This document shows positions 13,077 through 25,815 of a DNA stretch of 64,000 nt, one piece after another. Each line of letters starts with the position of its first letter. The first letter of the stretch is position 1. The translations under genes and the position numbers were made by a program. Source of the stretch: Chrysomallon squamiferum (lineage: Eukaryota > Animalia > Mollusca); contig CM022669.1 in NCBI GenBank assembly GCA_012295275.1, positions 7,998,001 to 8,062,000 of the forward strand, given 5' to 3'. The notes under the pieces are model-generated. The model saw nothing but the letters and a program-made list of their open reading frames with translations, made no database searches and was not told where the DNA came from.

Positions 13077-14190
13077 AATAAATACAGACAGATAGACAGA
13101 CAGACAGACAGACAGGCAAATAGACAGACTGATAGACGGATAGATATATAAATAAAAAATCACTTAGCATTACGGAAATAAGATATAGATTTAATGTTTG
13201 TACAGTGACTGTGCCATCAGCTAACAGTTCATGCATGTCTGTCGTGGGACGCCAGAAAGTTCAGTTCAAGACGAACCGGCTGATAATTGTCGTGCTTCTT
13301 TACATTTTAATCTTTTTCCACTAACGATGTGTTCACTGCTACATGAAGTAAAACTCTGAATGCTCCTTGAGAGCGTGTAACTCAGATTACAAGAAGCAAA
13401 CAAACAAGGGTTTAGGAAAATATTTTCCTAAAAGAGTCTATTCGTCTGGCAAATTTACTTTCCAAAACGGATTAATCTTTTTCTCAATCGTCTTGAAGAA
13501 GATTAACCAGATCGGCGGACAGAAGTTTGCCGTTTAGTTAATCCTTATTGGATGAAAATGGTTTGAGGTGTCGAGACCTCAATTATCAAACCTCTCGTAA
13601 CTGAATGTTCGTTTCCGTCCTGTTCACGCATTAATTTCATAGCCAAGGGAGATAACTGGAATATGATTTGTTTTTTTTTTCATTTTAAAGTGGCTAAGAG
13701 GTATTTTCTGGGAGACAAAAAGACACCGGTGCACAATGTTTAAAAGGGAAAAGGGTGAGGAAACGGACAGGATGAAAATTAGATTTAGCGAGTAGAGCGA
13801 CCACCATTATGTTTTTACAAATCTGCTCAAAGAGGCCGCCCAAACAGACATTTCTTTGTTAGGTTCCACGTTTTAATTTTCCAAAAGTGAGAACATCAGC
13901 ACAGACGTTTTTACGCGAAATCCGTTGGTGGTGATAAGACATCTTTTAAATTAAAAACAAGGATTTGCGAAATCTTTGTAACTGTTGTATTAGGAATGTA
14001 ATATTTTGTGATTTTAGTCTGGCTAAGCTTTTAATGCGGTTTGTTGTTAAAGATGCTGCAGTTTATGTTTAACAAACAGACAAACATATGAAGATTTCTT
14101 TATCAACAATGTTGGTTTATCTTTTCTTTTCTGTTTGTCTGTCCTTCTATGCATTAGTCCGTCTGTCTGTCGATCTAATCTATTTATCTG

Positions 14191-14240
<50 letters not shown>

Positions 14241-14310
14241 ATATATATTATTTATTCTTAGTTTTTTTTTTCTGTCTGCATATCTGTCTGTTTCTCTGTA
14301 TATTTAACTA

Positions 14311-14354
<44 letters not shown>

Positions 14355-14784
14355 TTATATATATATTTTATTATATATATTTTTTTTATATATATATAAA
14401 TATATATACTTTTTTAAATATTATTTTATTTTATACTGGTTTTTTTTTAGTGGTAGTAATAATAGAAATAGAAGTTATAGTAATAGCTATTAGTAGTGGT
14501 ATTAGTTAACAGTAGCTGGTATTGGTGGTAGTAATACTAACAGAAATGGAGGTAGTAAGTAGAATTAGTAGTGGTAATAGTAGTAGCAGTAACAATAGCA
14601 GTTATTACAGAAGTAGTAGTAATAGTTGTAGTAGTACTAGTAGTGGTGGTAGTGATAGGGATGGTGTGATGACGTTAATGATGAAATCTTATGAGAACTT
14701 ACTGTTTATATTTTATAGCTGTTTTTAACTGGAGAAGAAATAGAAAGGTAATTTTAATATTTCAAAAGATTAAGGATTATTATT

Positions 14785-14820
<36 letters not shown>

Positions 14821-14827
14821 CATGAAC

Positions 14828-14935
14828 GTATTAATCCTCAGTCAGCTCTTGTCCCACGTGAGTCAGATAATCACAGAACCTGTATTTAAACACTCTTCGT
14901 CCTGTCAACAGATTCAAAATTCACGAGGTGGAAAA
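14828..14935 (+). mobile_element. Dispersed repeat fragment (retroposon 3'-end-like), copy 1
   Basis: CTCTTGTCCC..GAGTCAGATAATCACAGAACCTGTATTTAAACACTCT..CCTGTCAACAGATT is shared in the same orientation with 57244-57360; both copies end in an A-rich tail. Confidence 0.65.
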
Positions 14936-14942
14936 AAATAAA

Positions 14943-14987
<45 letters not shown>

Positions 14988-16550
14988 TAAATAAATAAAT
15001 AAATAAATAAATTCCAAAGTAGTAGTTATACATGACAAATTTTATGTATGGTTGAATTTTGAATCTATTTATATAAAAAGTTGTTAAATAAAATTAGTCA
15101 GTCAACCATGTGATATGTTCTTTTATTTTATCCATTCATACACATTCCTACACATTCCTAATTATATCTGAAGATATCGGTACGCGATTCCAGTAAAAGC
15201 CAATTTTAAGGACAAAGAATTAATCATTTTAGTACTAATTGTATTGGTTTAATGGTAAAAATGTTGTTTTAATTTTAATGTGTATAGCGTAAATTCAAAA
15301 ACAGATTTAAAGCTACAAAACATCGCTTTAGTGAAACGTTTTAAGATATAAGAATAAAATCAATCTACTACTTATAAACCTTTCCTTTAGAAAAGTCAAC
15401 ACATTTGGTTATTGCTTATTAAATATTATGATTATCTACGATTTGTTTTCAGTGATTTACTGTTCATTGTGGTAAATATTGACTTTCATCAGCGGCAGAT
15501 AGGAACCAGAAAACAACATATTTATCAAATTAGATACATATTTACGGAAATAGCTGGCGTGATCGAGCGATGTGTCATAACACGCTATACCTGTCGATTG
15601 ACAGTTACGAGCTTGTTTTCACACCGCCAGCGGCGCAATTAAACGCTACCAGTGCAAACAATTGAGTCGATGAGAGTTACCTCCCCTTAATAAATTCTTC
15701 ACGGGGTTGGAATCATCGGGCTTAAGCTCGGCTGTGCAAACAGTATTTGTTTCTGTAATTCCCTAGATAAATATTGGCATGTTGTACAGAGTCTGAACTG
15801 CCCCCGGGTACTGTGAAAACGCTGGCGATTTGTCGCAGACAATGTTAATGCTGGAAGCGCTAATGTACTTTTGTGTCAGTCTATTGTTCGGCTGGTTACG
15901 GGCGGCTGGTTGGTCAGCGGGCATGGTACCGCACTTGGTCAATTATCGAATTAACTTCATTAGTCCGAGTAATTTCTCTATCCGTCCACGTAATAATGGT
16001 CATGAAAGAATTGCATGTATGCTCGAAAAGTGACGCAAATACGACAACTTTCGTCTAATAGGAAGGCGTTCCATAATGACCGCAAAGACACAGTACATTA
16101 AAAACACTTTAACATGAATAAATTATGACAGACTATATATAAAAACATAATTCCCACACACACACAGGTACAGAGACACACACTAGACAGACATACACTA
16201 GAAAAAAATAAACAGAAAAATAAACAGAAACAGACCCCCGACCACAACACACACACACACACACACACACAAAAACACAAAAAAAAAAACAAAACAAAAT
16301 AAAAAAAATAAAACAGAAGAAAAACGAAATGGAATAAAAATAGCAGTTTTAATGTGGTCAGATGGTCAAAAATAAATGTACAGAGCAGCAGAGTTGAGTC
16401 AAGAAACATTTATTCTTTAATATAATTTTTTTTTAATGTATGGTGTCAGTTGAAGCAAAACCCAGTTAATCCATAAAAACACCAGTGAAGTCTATAATTT
16501 AATTTAAAAAAAATATATATTAGATCCCTTTGTAAATAATAATAACAATA

Positions 16551-16616
<66 letters not shown>

Positions 16617-16723
16617 CAACAACAACAACAACAAAATAAAAATTTTTGTTGATGTAATAATGAAACAATATTTTTGCGTTTGATAGACAATCGAGTATAG
16701 TGATTATAACACCTGAAATCTTA

Positions 16724-16725
<2 letters not shown>

Positions 16726-16812
<87 letters not shown>
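16726..16812. repeat. (CT)n microsatellite
   Basis: Directly visible. Confidence 0.95.
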
Positions 16813-16814
<2 letters not shown>

Positions 16815-17036
16815 GAGTGTGTTTCTTAACGTAACTTTTTAAAAGTTATTATTCTGTTCTGTCCTATAGCATAATTTAATCTCTCGCTATTGTTAATTTA
16901 TAATTTAAACTCCAACTTTTTATCAACAAACTGTATTGGCAGTACCAAGGAAAGCGACTGGGATCTATCCAACCAACACGAAACACTGTTCAAGGGAGAT
17001 TACTCTCGTTAACTTGTTCTTCCATATTTTCTAAAT

Positions 17037-17091
<55 letters not shown>

Positions 17092-17445
17092 TGATATCAG
17101 TAATAAACACAAATTATTTTATTTATTTTATTTATTTTTTATTTTATTTTTATTTTATTTGTTTTACTTATTATTATTATTATTATTATTATTCATGATA
17201 TCAGTAATATACACAAATCATTTTTATTTATTTTAGTTTATTTTTTTATTATTATTTTAATTATTATTTGTTTTTACCAGTAACTAATGACATTTGGAAT
17301 ATTTGTAGCAATAACAGTAGCAGTATCAGCATTACTAGTACTCTTATGTAAGTATAATGGTAGTATTAGTAGTAGTAGTAGTAGTTATAATAGTAAATTA
17401 TAAAAGTAAATAGCAGTAACAGTAGTACATAGTAGTATACATACA

Positions 17446-17477
<32 letters not shown>

Positions 17478-18412
17478 CATATACATACATACATACATAC
17501 ATACATGCATACACACACACATACACATATATATGCAGTGAGTAAAATCAGGCAATCTGTAAATTGTTGAATTCACTCAGGCTGTCTATAGACTGCATAA
17601 ATATTTATTTTTAATAAATTACCTAATTCAGTAATATTACAATTTATCATTATCTGTGTTTACCTTAGCAATTGCTGTCAATAAATAATGTCTTTCAATT
17701 CAGGCAACGTGCAGATAGCCTGAAATATTTAGGCATTCAACAGGCTGCGCCTAAAAGTTGGCATTCTGTTGAATGCTTTTTTATTTTTATTTTTATTTTA
17801 TGCGTATTAAACATACAGGGGGGTGGTGGTGGTGATTGCAGTAGCAGATGTAGTGAGATTTGTAGTAGTAGTAGAATAAAAAGAAGTAGTAGTAGAAGTA
17901 TTAGATGTATTTGTGGTTGTTACGTAATGTCAAAAAAGTGGCAATCGCTGTATGAGGTTGTTATCTTTTCTGTTTATGTCAAACGTAGATACTTTCTCTT
18001 TCTTTTTTAGATTAAGACCTTGACCTGTTTCGATTTTTTTTTTTTTTTTTTTTTTTTTGATTCTTTGTTACATAAACTTTCGAAAAATGTCTGCTTGTGT
18101 TTTATAACTAAATATATGTTCTGCCTGACGCCGAAACAAGATTATATGGATTTGCAAATACGACTGTTTTTTTTTTCTCCTATGTGTTTCCATGGTTACC
18201 GGGCGTAATATTTGGGTCAAGTTCACGTGCATGTTATCCGTGATGTAAATATTTCACTTTACGCCAATGTTTGTCTCGAAACCAAACTAAATGTTTTTCT
18301 AGTTAGAACCGCTGGCTTGACCGTGCTGAAAGTTATACTGTTTGATCGTTTTTTCATTGTTGCCCATTTTGTGGGAGGTGGGTATATAAGTTTAAAAAGT
18401 CTTTAACCAAAT

Positions 18413-18470
<58 letters not shown>

Positions 18471-19179
18471 AAATAATAATAATAACAATAACAATAACAA
18501 AAATAACAATAACAACAACATATATTAATAATCGTAATAATAAAAACAACAGTTATATCAGTAAAAGAGAAGAGCGACAACAGTAATAAATAAATGATGT
18601 AATAAAATTATAAGCTTCATACGTGACAGTTATCTGAAAGAAGTTAAAAAAGAAGATACCCGGAAAAAATTCTGTGAATAAAATAAGAAAGGTGAAAATG
18701 AAGGCTGAATGGTCTGAGTGTGTGTGTGTGTGTGTGTGTGTTTGTGCGTGCTTGTGTGTGTGTGTAGCAATGCCTACGCACTCTTTTATTATTATAAAAA
18801 AGGATTTATTTTACACCAATCAAAAGATATTCAGTAGCAGATGAAATAATAATAATAATAATAATAATATAAGAAAATAATTAAAACACGAAGATGCCTT
18901 AAAAATATTGGCAAATTTTCACCGCCCCTTTATTTTGATGTATTTTATTCCGCAAATGAATACATAGAGTTGTCGTTCCTGGGGGATTCTTTCAAATACC
19001 TGCTTCATTTCAAATACCTGATAAACATTAAATGCGGGTTTATTTGTCAAAAATAAGGATAATATGAAAGAAGATAAATAAATTGATCAGCATAATCAAC
19101 GGTTTTTCGTTTATTTCACGATTTTTTCCCCCAACATTCAAATTTATTTTTTTAGCTATTTCGCTCTTTCGCTTTGTTT

Positions 19180-19372
19180 TCGGATTTTCAGTTAAGTATT
19201 TATACGAAATTTCGCTAACAAAATAGATAATATTCGGAAAAGCACTGGCAGAGGAGGACAAAGTCCAAACAGGACCTTACAACCGTCAGATGCCGCTGAC
19301 GAGACTCGAACGTATGACAGCCATACACCCGCACTCAGAAGACGGACAACGATACTGCTCAGCCATCAAGAC
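19180..19372 (-). mobile_element. tRNA-derived SINE head (3' boundary uncertain)
   Basis: Minus strand reads GTCTTGA-TGGCTGAGCAG (A-box-like, 19355-19365) ... GTTCGAGTC (B-box, 19303-19311). No full cloverleaf or oligo-T terminator is evident, so a SINE is more likely than a tRNA gene. Confidence 0.5.
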
Positions 19373-19512
19373 GTGTATATATATATATATATGTATGTAT
19401 ATGCATATATGTATATGTATGTATGTGTTTGTGAGTGCGTGCATGCATATTATGTATGCATGTATTAAGTATGCATGACCGGCGCGAAAAAAAAAATATA
19501 TATATATTTATG

Positions 19513-19660
19513 AAAAGCACTATTTGTTTAAATTAAAAGCTGAAGTAGCATACTATGCCAAGAACATCTGTATTAATTTTTTTTTTATTTTTTATAAAAA
19601 GCACTATTTGTTTAAATTAAAAGCTGAAGTACCATACGATGCCAAGAACATCTGTATTAA
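19513..19660. repeat. Local direct duplication (~64-bp unit, 84-bp period)
   Basis: AAAAGCACTATTTGTTTAAATTAAAAGCTGAAGTA(G/C)CATAC(T/G)ATGCCAAGAACATCTGTATTAA at 19513-19576 and 19597-19660, with two mismatches. Confidence 0.9.
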
Positions 19661-20711
19661 AGGCAAATCGTCCATTAACATTGCAGTGTCTCTGTACTCC
19701 ACACTTTTTTGGGGAAAATGAGCCTTCACTTAAAAACACACAAATCTTCATGTAGCTTGCAATGGAAGTGCTGACCCTGTACGTAGTGCATATGTATGTA
19801 TGTGTGAGGGCGCGTGAGTGTGTGTGTGCGTTTAAAAAATCACTTGTAAATCAATAACCACTCGGAACAAGTTTTAAAGTGAAAATATTTATTGACAGAA
19901 AAGTAAAAATTAAATTAAATTAACAAAACAAATTATTATGCATGTAATTAAGAAAAAAAATACAGATCCATCACTGAAATAATTTTAGTATGGAATAACA
20001 AGTATTTCAATATGATACTTTTTTCGTTCTTTTTTAGCACTGAAAAAATATTTAATTCTTATAATTCGAGACATATTTCGACAATTTTAAGATTTCAAAA
20101 TTATAGCTATTTTTGGACAACATTTATATTTAAACCATTAGCATAGTATAAAAGAAATTTCTAGTTCAGAATATTATTTCATAAATACATCATATTTCTA
20201 ATTAAATAGCATTAGGCTGGTAAATGCTTAGTGGCTAGAAATACAATAATAATGGCGAAATATAAAGTTATTAATCTTTGATTTCATATTAATGATGTAC
20301 GTCGAGATACAAAAACAAAAAGAAAAATAATAATAATAATAATATAATAATAATAATAATAAGATCCCATAGCCCAAAAATCATAGCAAATAAATAAATA
20401 AATAAAAATAAGTAAGTAAGTAGGTAAATAAGTAGATCAGAAAAAAAAAAAAAAAAAGGGACACGAAACAAGTAATGAAATAACTGACGTAATATCTTTC
20501 TATAAATAGCAGCAACCGAATAACAGGAGCAATGATTAACGGAATGTTGACGTGTATTCCGGGAACTTTTCACATTAGGCATGAGTAACTATTTGTTAAA
20601 GGATAAAATTGTTATTTCTGTTCTAAATATGTCCGTTATGTATGTTATTCATCAGAGGTGGATCCAGGATTTGACAAGGAGCGGATACAACATTAAATTG
20701 CAATAAATTTA

Positions 20712-20756
<45 letters not shown>

Positions 20757-21592
20757 CGCCAAGCATTGGTTAGGAAAATAAAGGTATGAGTACCGGATAT
20801 ATTAATATTAATGAACGATCAACACATTGAAAGTGCATTAGCTGCCTGGTTGATATAAATTATAGTAAATAAATTATATTTTAAAAATGTTATGAAAGAA
20901 TATATAAAATGATATAATAAATAAAATGAATAAATAAAAATATTGATGAAAATTTCTTTAAAAATTGATTTAACGAAAATTATGAAATAACATAGTTTTT
21001 ATTAATTAATTAATTAATTTATTTTTTATTTTTTTTAATTTATTTTTTATTTTTTAAATGTTCTAAAAGTAGAAAATAAGTGTTATTTTGTTTAATGAAT
21101 AAACATTATTTAAGCTATTGTTATTTAACTCATCTTTCACGGCTGGCATCCTTCATTTTACTTTTACTGTTTAACGTAAGCACCAGCTTTTAAGTCAAAA
21201 GAGGTATCATTCAGTATCGGTTTTCTTAAAGTATGTTTATATCATTATTACAACCAATATCAATCATCTTCTTGATCATCATAATGATCAGATAAATAAA
21301 TAAATAAATAAAATATAGTATAAATACGTATATTAGAGGTTTAGAAACAGTAAAATATTCTGTGATAGTCTTTTATTACTACAGGGAAATTTAGTCACCT
21401 ATCTTTTATTTTATGTTGGTTTCTGTCAAACTGAAATTTTTTTTTTTTTTTTTTTTTTTAATTTTTACTGATTCGTGTTTAGAAATCATTAAAATAAATA
21501 AAATGAAATAAGGATAGATTTAGAAACGAAACAAATTACCTGACAGTCAGAAAGAAAACGAAAACAGAAGGAGAAACAATTGTAAACGTTTT

Positions 21593-23832
21593 TCAACACC
21601 GCCATGGCGCGAAATGCTTCATTGCGGACAGCGGCGTAGGTTGCTGCAGCCACTGAATGAGTTGTTTGATGGACACGACGTAGACGTCGTCCATGGTGAG
21701 GATCTTGTCTATGAACTTGACGAGGCCCTTGACGTTGGGTCGGTACAGTGGATGTGAAAACCACCTCTGGGTCAAACTGACGCTCATTGGAGACCTGTTA
21801 CCTTTGTAGTATTTCAGGAAATTGTCCATGAGGAAGTTGTACGTGTCTTCTTCCGTCCACGGGTTGTTCATGCACCCGTCGGCGTACACGCACGGGTACT
21901 TGTGTTTCCAGTCTAAGAGAGGTTTAACAGGTACCTCCCACAGGCCCGGGTAACGCCTCTTTGGACACCCGCCCACTGGACATTGGTCTTGCCACGGGAA
22001 GTCCAGTGTGTACGGCCACGGAAGAGCACTGCCTGCCGTCTTGGTGAGCAGCGTGCTGTCGTACAGCATGTGGATTGTCGCGCAGCAAACTGTACTGCAG
22101 TTCACCAAACGGTTTCATCGACGAACTCCTCCAGCCAACCACCTTAAAGTTCTTCAAAGCTGAAACGAGGTCTTTACTTAAATCGTTCTTCAGATTTCTC
22201 GAACGAGCGAGCTTTTCCTCGCCATACGCCGCGATTTCCAGCCCTTCGTTCACGTGAGACTTGAGGATACGGAACGTAGTTGCCGTTTCTGGGAACGAAG
22301 AAAGTGGCGCTTATGGGACAGTTGTTTGGGTTTTTCCTCACTTTGTTGAAGATCTTGGAATAGTGGTGATAAGACAGCTGACTGACTGGGCCGTCGAATG
22401 TGAAATACACCAGTTGTGGGACCTGACTGACTGGCAGGCCACCTGGTGGCGACAGTGAGCGGCACTGACAGTTAGGCAGTCTGCAGTTCGTTCCCTGAAT
22501 GCAGGTTTCGTGGGCCGGACTTCTCGACTGAATGGTGGGTTCTGGTATCGACTTCTTGGTCACGATTGTTCCCGTAGAGGCGGTTCTAACTGCTGGAGTT
22601 TTGGTAATTTTACGTTCGTAATATCGTCTGGTTGGAGATGCAGATTTCTTGTTTACGGTCGTGATCCGCGACGACGTCGTTCTGTCCCATTGATTGTCAG
22701 CTCTTTTATCTTCCACTTTGTTCTGCCACCAGGGACTGTCAACGTTGTACTGCTTTCGTTGCTCTTCTCTAACTGTCTTTTTCACTGCAGCGGCTGGCAC
22801 TCCGCTTACACTGTTCAGATCTCTCAACGTAGACGTTTTGCAACCCCAGCTCTTTAGTTTGTGCAGTTCAGAGAGCTTTGTTGGCTGTCGCATCCAGTCC
22901 AGCATCTTTGCAACTGACACGATGTACACGTCGTCCATCTTTGTCAGCTTTTTTATAAAACGATCCATAGCTGCCTTGTAGTGCGGTCTCTCAAACCAGG
23001 CTGCGTGCATGTTGAAACCCATCGGTGTCCGGGTCTTGTAGTAGTCTTGAAAGTTCTGCCACAGATACTTGAATGCTTCGTCCTCGTTGCTGGGCGCATT
23101 AAAACACCCATCGACGTAAGCGCATGGGTAAGCATTTTTGTAGTCCATCAAGGCGACGATAGGCACTTCCCAAAATCCCGGGAAACTGGCCGTTGGCGAC
23201 ACGCAAGGTCTTATCTGACAGTAGTAGGGATCGCCGTAGTCTACGGTGTAGGGCCACGGTTTCTTCGCACCCAGCTTTCTTACAATGTAAGTTAGCGAAA
23301 TGTCGTACGTGTAGCCGAGTTTTTTCAGCGTCGGTGGTTGTTTGTCTCCAGCAGTTTTCAGATTTGGACTTCTCCAGCCGACGATCTCGTCCTTGGGAAC
23401 ATTTCCCATCCTGGCCAAATTGTCCTTCTGCTGCCATCCTTCTTTTTCTAATTTTTTCTCTGTGTCTATATTGGTGTGCGTGACGCTGTGAACCGCAATC
23501 TCCATACCTTTCTTGTAGAACTCGCTCACCAGTCTGTAGTCGGTGTACTTGTGCTGGATGTACAGCGACATCGAAATGGGACAGTTATTGGGATTTCTGC
23601 GATCTGACGAAAATAGCTTGCGGAAGTGTAAAGCCATCCGAGTGTTCAATGCATCGTCGAATCCGAAATAAACCATCTGCGGGGTGTCCTTCACAGGCAG
23701 CGGACTCGTGTACCTGGCGCAAGAACAATCCGGCAGACGACAGTTGTCTCCTTGGCGACAACCCGCCTGGAAGGCACCTTTCACTAAACCGCTGGTTGTA
23801 GCAATAAGAAGAATTAGCGGTAACCTCATCAT
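21593..23832 (-). CDS. Secreted chitin/polysaccharide deacetylase-like protein with two tandem CE4 (metazoan CDA-type) domains; intronless; two apparent +1 frameshifts (~22265 and ~22072); ~745 aa corrected
   Basis: Signal peptide MMRLPLILLIATTSGLVKG. Each domain starts with a C-x2-G-x-N-C-x-LP-x-C-x-C motif. Domain 1 has FGFDDA, EIAVHSVTH, GWRSPNL, YDIS, WPYT, FWEVP, GFNMHAAWF. ORFs 22174-23832, 21924-22253 and 21593-22108 join into a second homologous domain after deleting one C in TATCCTC and one in AATCCAC. Confidence 0.88.
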
Positions 23833-24022
23833 GATGGTGAAATTCTATCTACCGTACTGAAAACAGATTTTATTGTCACTGTTACTGAAGCAAAGCTCCG
23901 TCCCGCGGTTTTCTACAAATGATGACGTTCTCTCGGTCAGCTCAGATTGTCGTCTGTTACGGAGTCTCGTTCTAGACTGACCTATCAGAAGCAGGTATGG
24001 GCCCGTCTCGATCTCGGTTTAC

Positions 24023-24095
24023 TTTTATAGCCAAAAGGCGGAGTCAGACGAAAAATCACAGAGACTAGGAAGCACGTGTTTGTGTCAGCTGGTGA
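24023..24095 (-). promoter_or_regulatory. TATA-containing promoter of the deacetylase gene
   Basis: CTATAAAAG on the minus strand (24023-24029), GGCGGAG at 24037-24043, E-boxes CACGTG/CAGCTG at ~24073-24092. A possible 125-nt 5'UTR intron (TAG|gtcagt 23981 ... ttttcag| 23857) precedes the ATG. Confidence 0.6.
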
Positions 24096-25260
24096 GCTGA
24101 TTTCACACGTCTAATGTTTTATATCTTACCAACCCTTGTATGTTCCCTGTATTATATTTGTCACTTGAATAATGTTACATTTATCTTCTTTTTTTCCCCC
24201 TCATTTATTTCTGTTTTCTTTCTTTCTTCTTTCATTTTTAAAATTAAGTTTTAATCTTTATGTTTTCATTATTGTTGTTTGTTTATCTATTTTTGTTGTT
24301 TTTGTCCTTATTTTTTTTATTATTATTATTTTTTCAATATATATATATATATATATAACGATGATGATGGTGATGATAGTAATAATAAATTAAAATAACA
24401 AAACATTCAAATGTACCAATATCTAAGTAAACTAGGTGCGATATAACTGAGTGTATTCAAGATTAGTGAGTTTTTATACTTAGTGACCATTATAAAAAAA
24501 CAACAATAGAATTTATTACAAATCCATATATACACATACATATATAAATACATAAACATAAACATACATACATACATACATTACATATTTAAAAACACAC
24601 ACGTACATACAAACACACACAAATATATACATCCATATTAGTGAACTACTAAAAACAAAAGAAAACAGACAATAATAATAATAATAATAATAATAAAAGA
24701 TAAAGAAAGAAAGAAAAGGAAAAAGAAAAAACAAAATTAAAAAAAACAAAATATATAATAAAGAAAGAAAGAAAAGGAAGTACAAGTAATTCCTAAATCG
24801 AAATGCACTCGTATAAAATATGTGTATATAAATAACGAACACGTGAACACAGATAAAGCAGATAAAACCAGTTAGGTAAAGTATAATCAAGAATGCATTT
24901 ATAAATACAGCGTGTATTAATAAATGTAAGAAAGACGCGATATCCTGTATTTGTGTGTTATGGATGGGTTGCTTTTGACAATCTTAAAAATAGACACACA
25001 CACCCATACACCTACTAACAGAAAAACAAACAAACAACAACAAAAAACCTAGAAGAATAATATAGATTACAATATTATTATTAATAATAGTAATAACACA
25101 CACACACACACACACATATATGTAGGTATGTGTATGTTTATATACATGTATCTATGTACGGATGTACTTAATAAATTTCTATTGAAAAATTTTAAAGATT
25201 TGTAAAGGTAAAAATGAATGAATGAATGAATGAATAACATGTTTTATTATTAATGGTTTT

Positions 25261-25264
<4 letters not shown>

Positions 25265-25331
<67 letters not shown>
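25265..25331. repeat. (CT)n microsatellite
   Basis: Directly visible. Confidence 0.95.
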
Positions 25332-25333
<2 letters not shown>

Positions 25334-25776
25334 ATGTATCAAGAAAGGACGACACGAGTGTATTAACGAATTCCATTATTTAAAAAATAACAAATATAGA
25401 AATAATTAAATTGAAAAAATCTATACTCTGTTACTTAATCATTTTAGCTTCCAAAAAACATTTCCAAAAATAAATGTTCGACTGTTTTCTTTTGTTGTTG
25501 AACTCTTCGTTATGACATTTGTATCAGACCTTTCGTGTGATTTCGGAAAGTTTCGTAGCGACAAATAGTTGTCTCGTTAATTGAAATAGTTTACTCCCAC
25601 AATCTGAAACTAGGTAAATATTTGTGGTAAACTAACATCGCAGAGAAAGACATTATTGTTGAAGGTTACCACAGAAACCTGTTGCATTTGATCAAACCTT
25701 CTTTATTTTCTTTCCTTCTTTCCTTTTTTTTTTTAATGAAAGATATATAGAAAACAATATAAAACTAACAAGAACA

Positions 25777-25815
<39 letters not shown>

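Noticed and set aside
17040-17235. Repeat-spacer array resembling CRISPR
   Set aside because: Only a two-copy local duplication within (TTA)n; eukaryotic context with no cas genes.
19290-19372. tRNA gene
   Set aside because: A and B boxes are present, but no convincing acceptor stem, anticodon arm or terminator; treated as a SINE head.
20653-20690. CAGAGGTGGATCCAGGATTT as a DNA-transposon terminal repeat
   Set aside because: No matching opposite end or target-site duplication found in the window.
22072-22272. Programmed +1 ribosomal frameshifting shared by FoxAB and the deacetylase
   Set aside because: No common slippery site, adjacent stop codon or stimulatory structure; single G/C run extensions are typical sequencing errors.
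21593-23832. Horizontal transfer from bacteria (intronless, GC-rich deacetylase)
   Set aside because: The Cys-rich starts and the WPYT/WEVP/CxxxDxC layout match metazoan CDA-type domains, there is a TATA promoter, and FoxAB shows the same GC-rich codon style.
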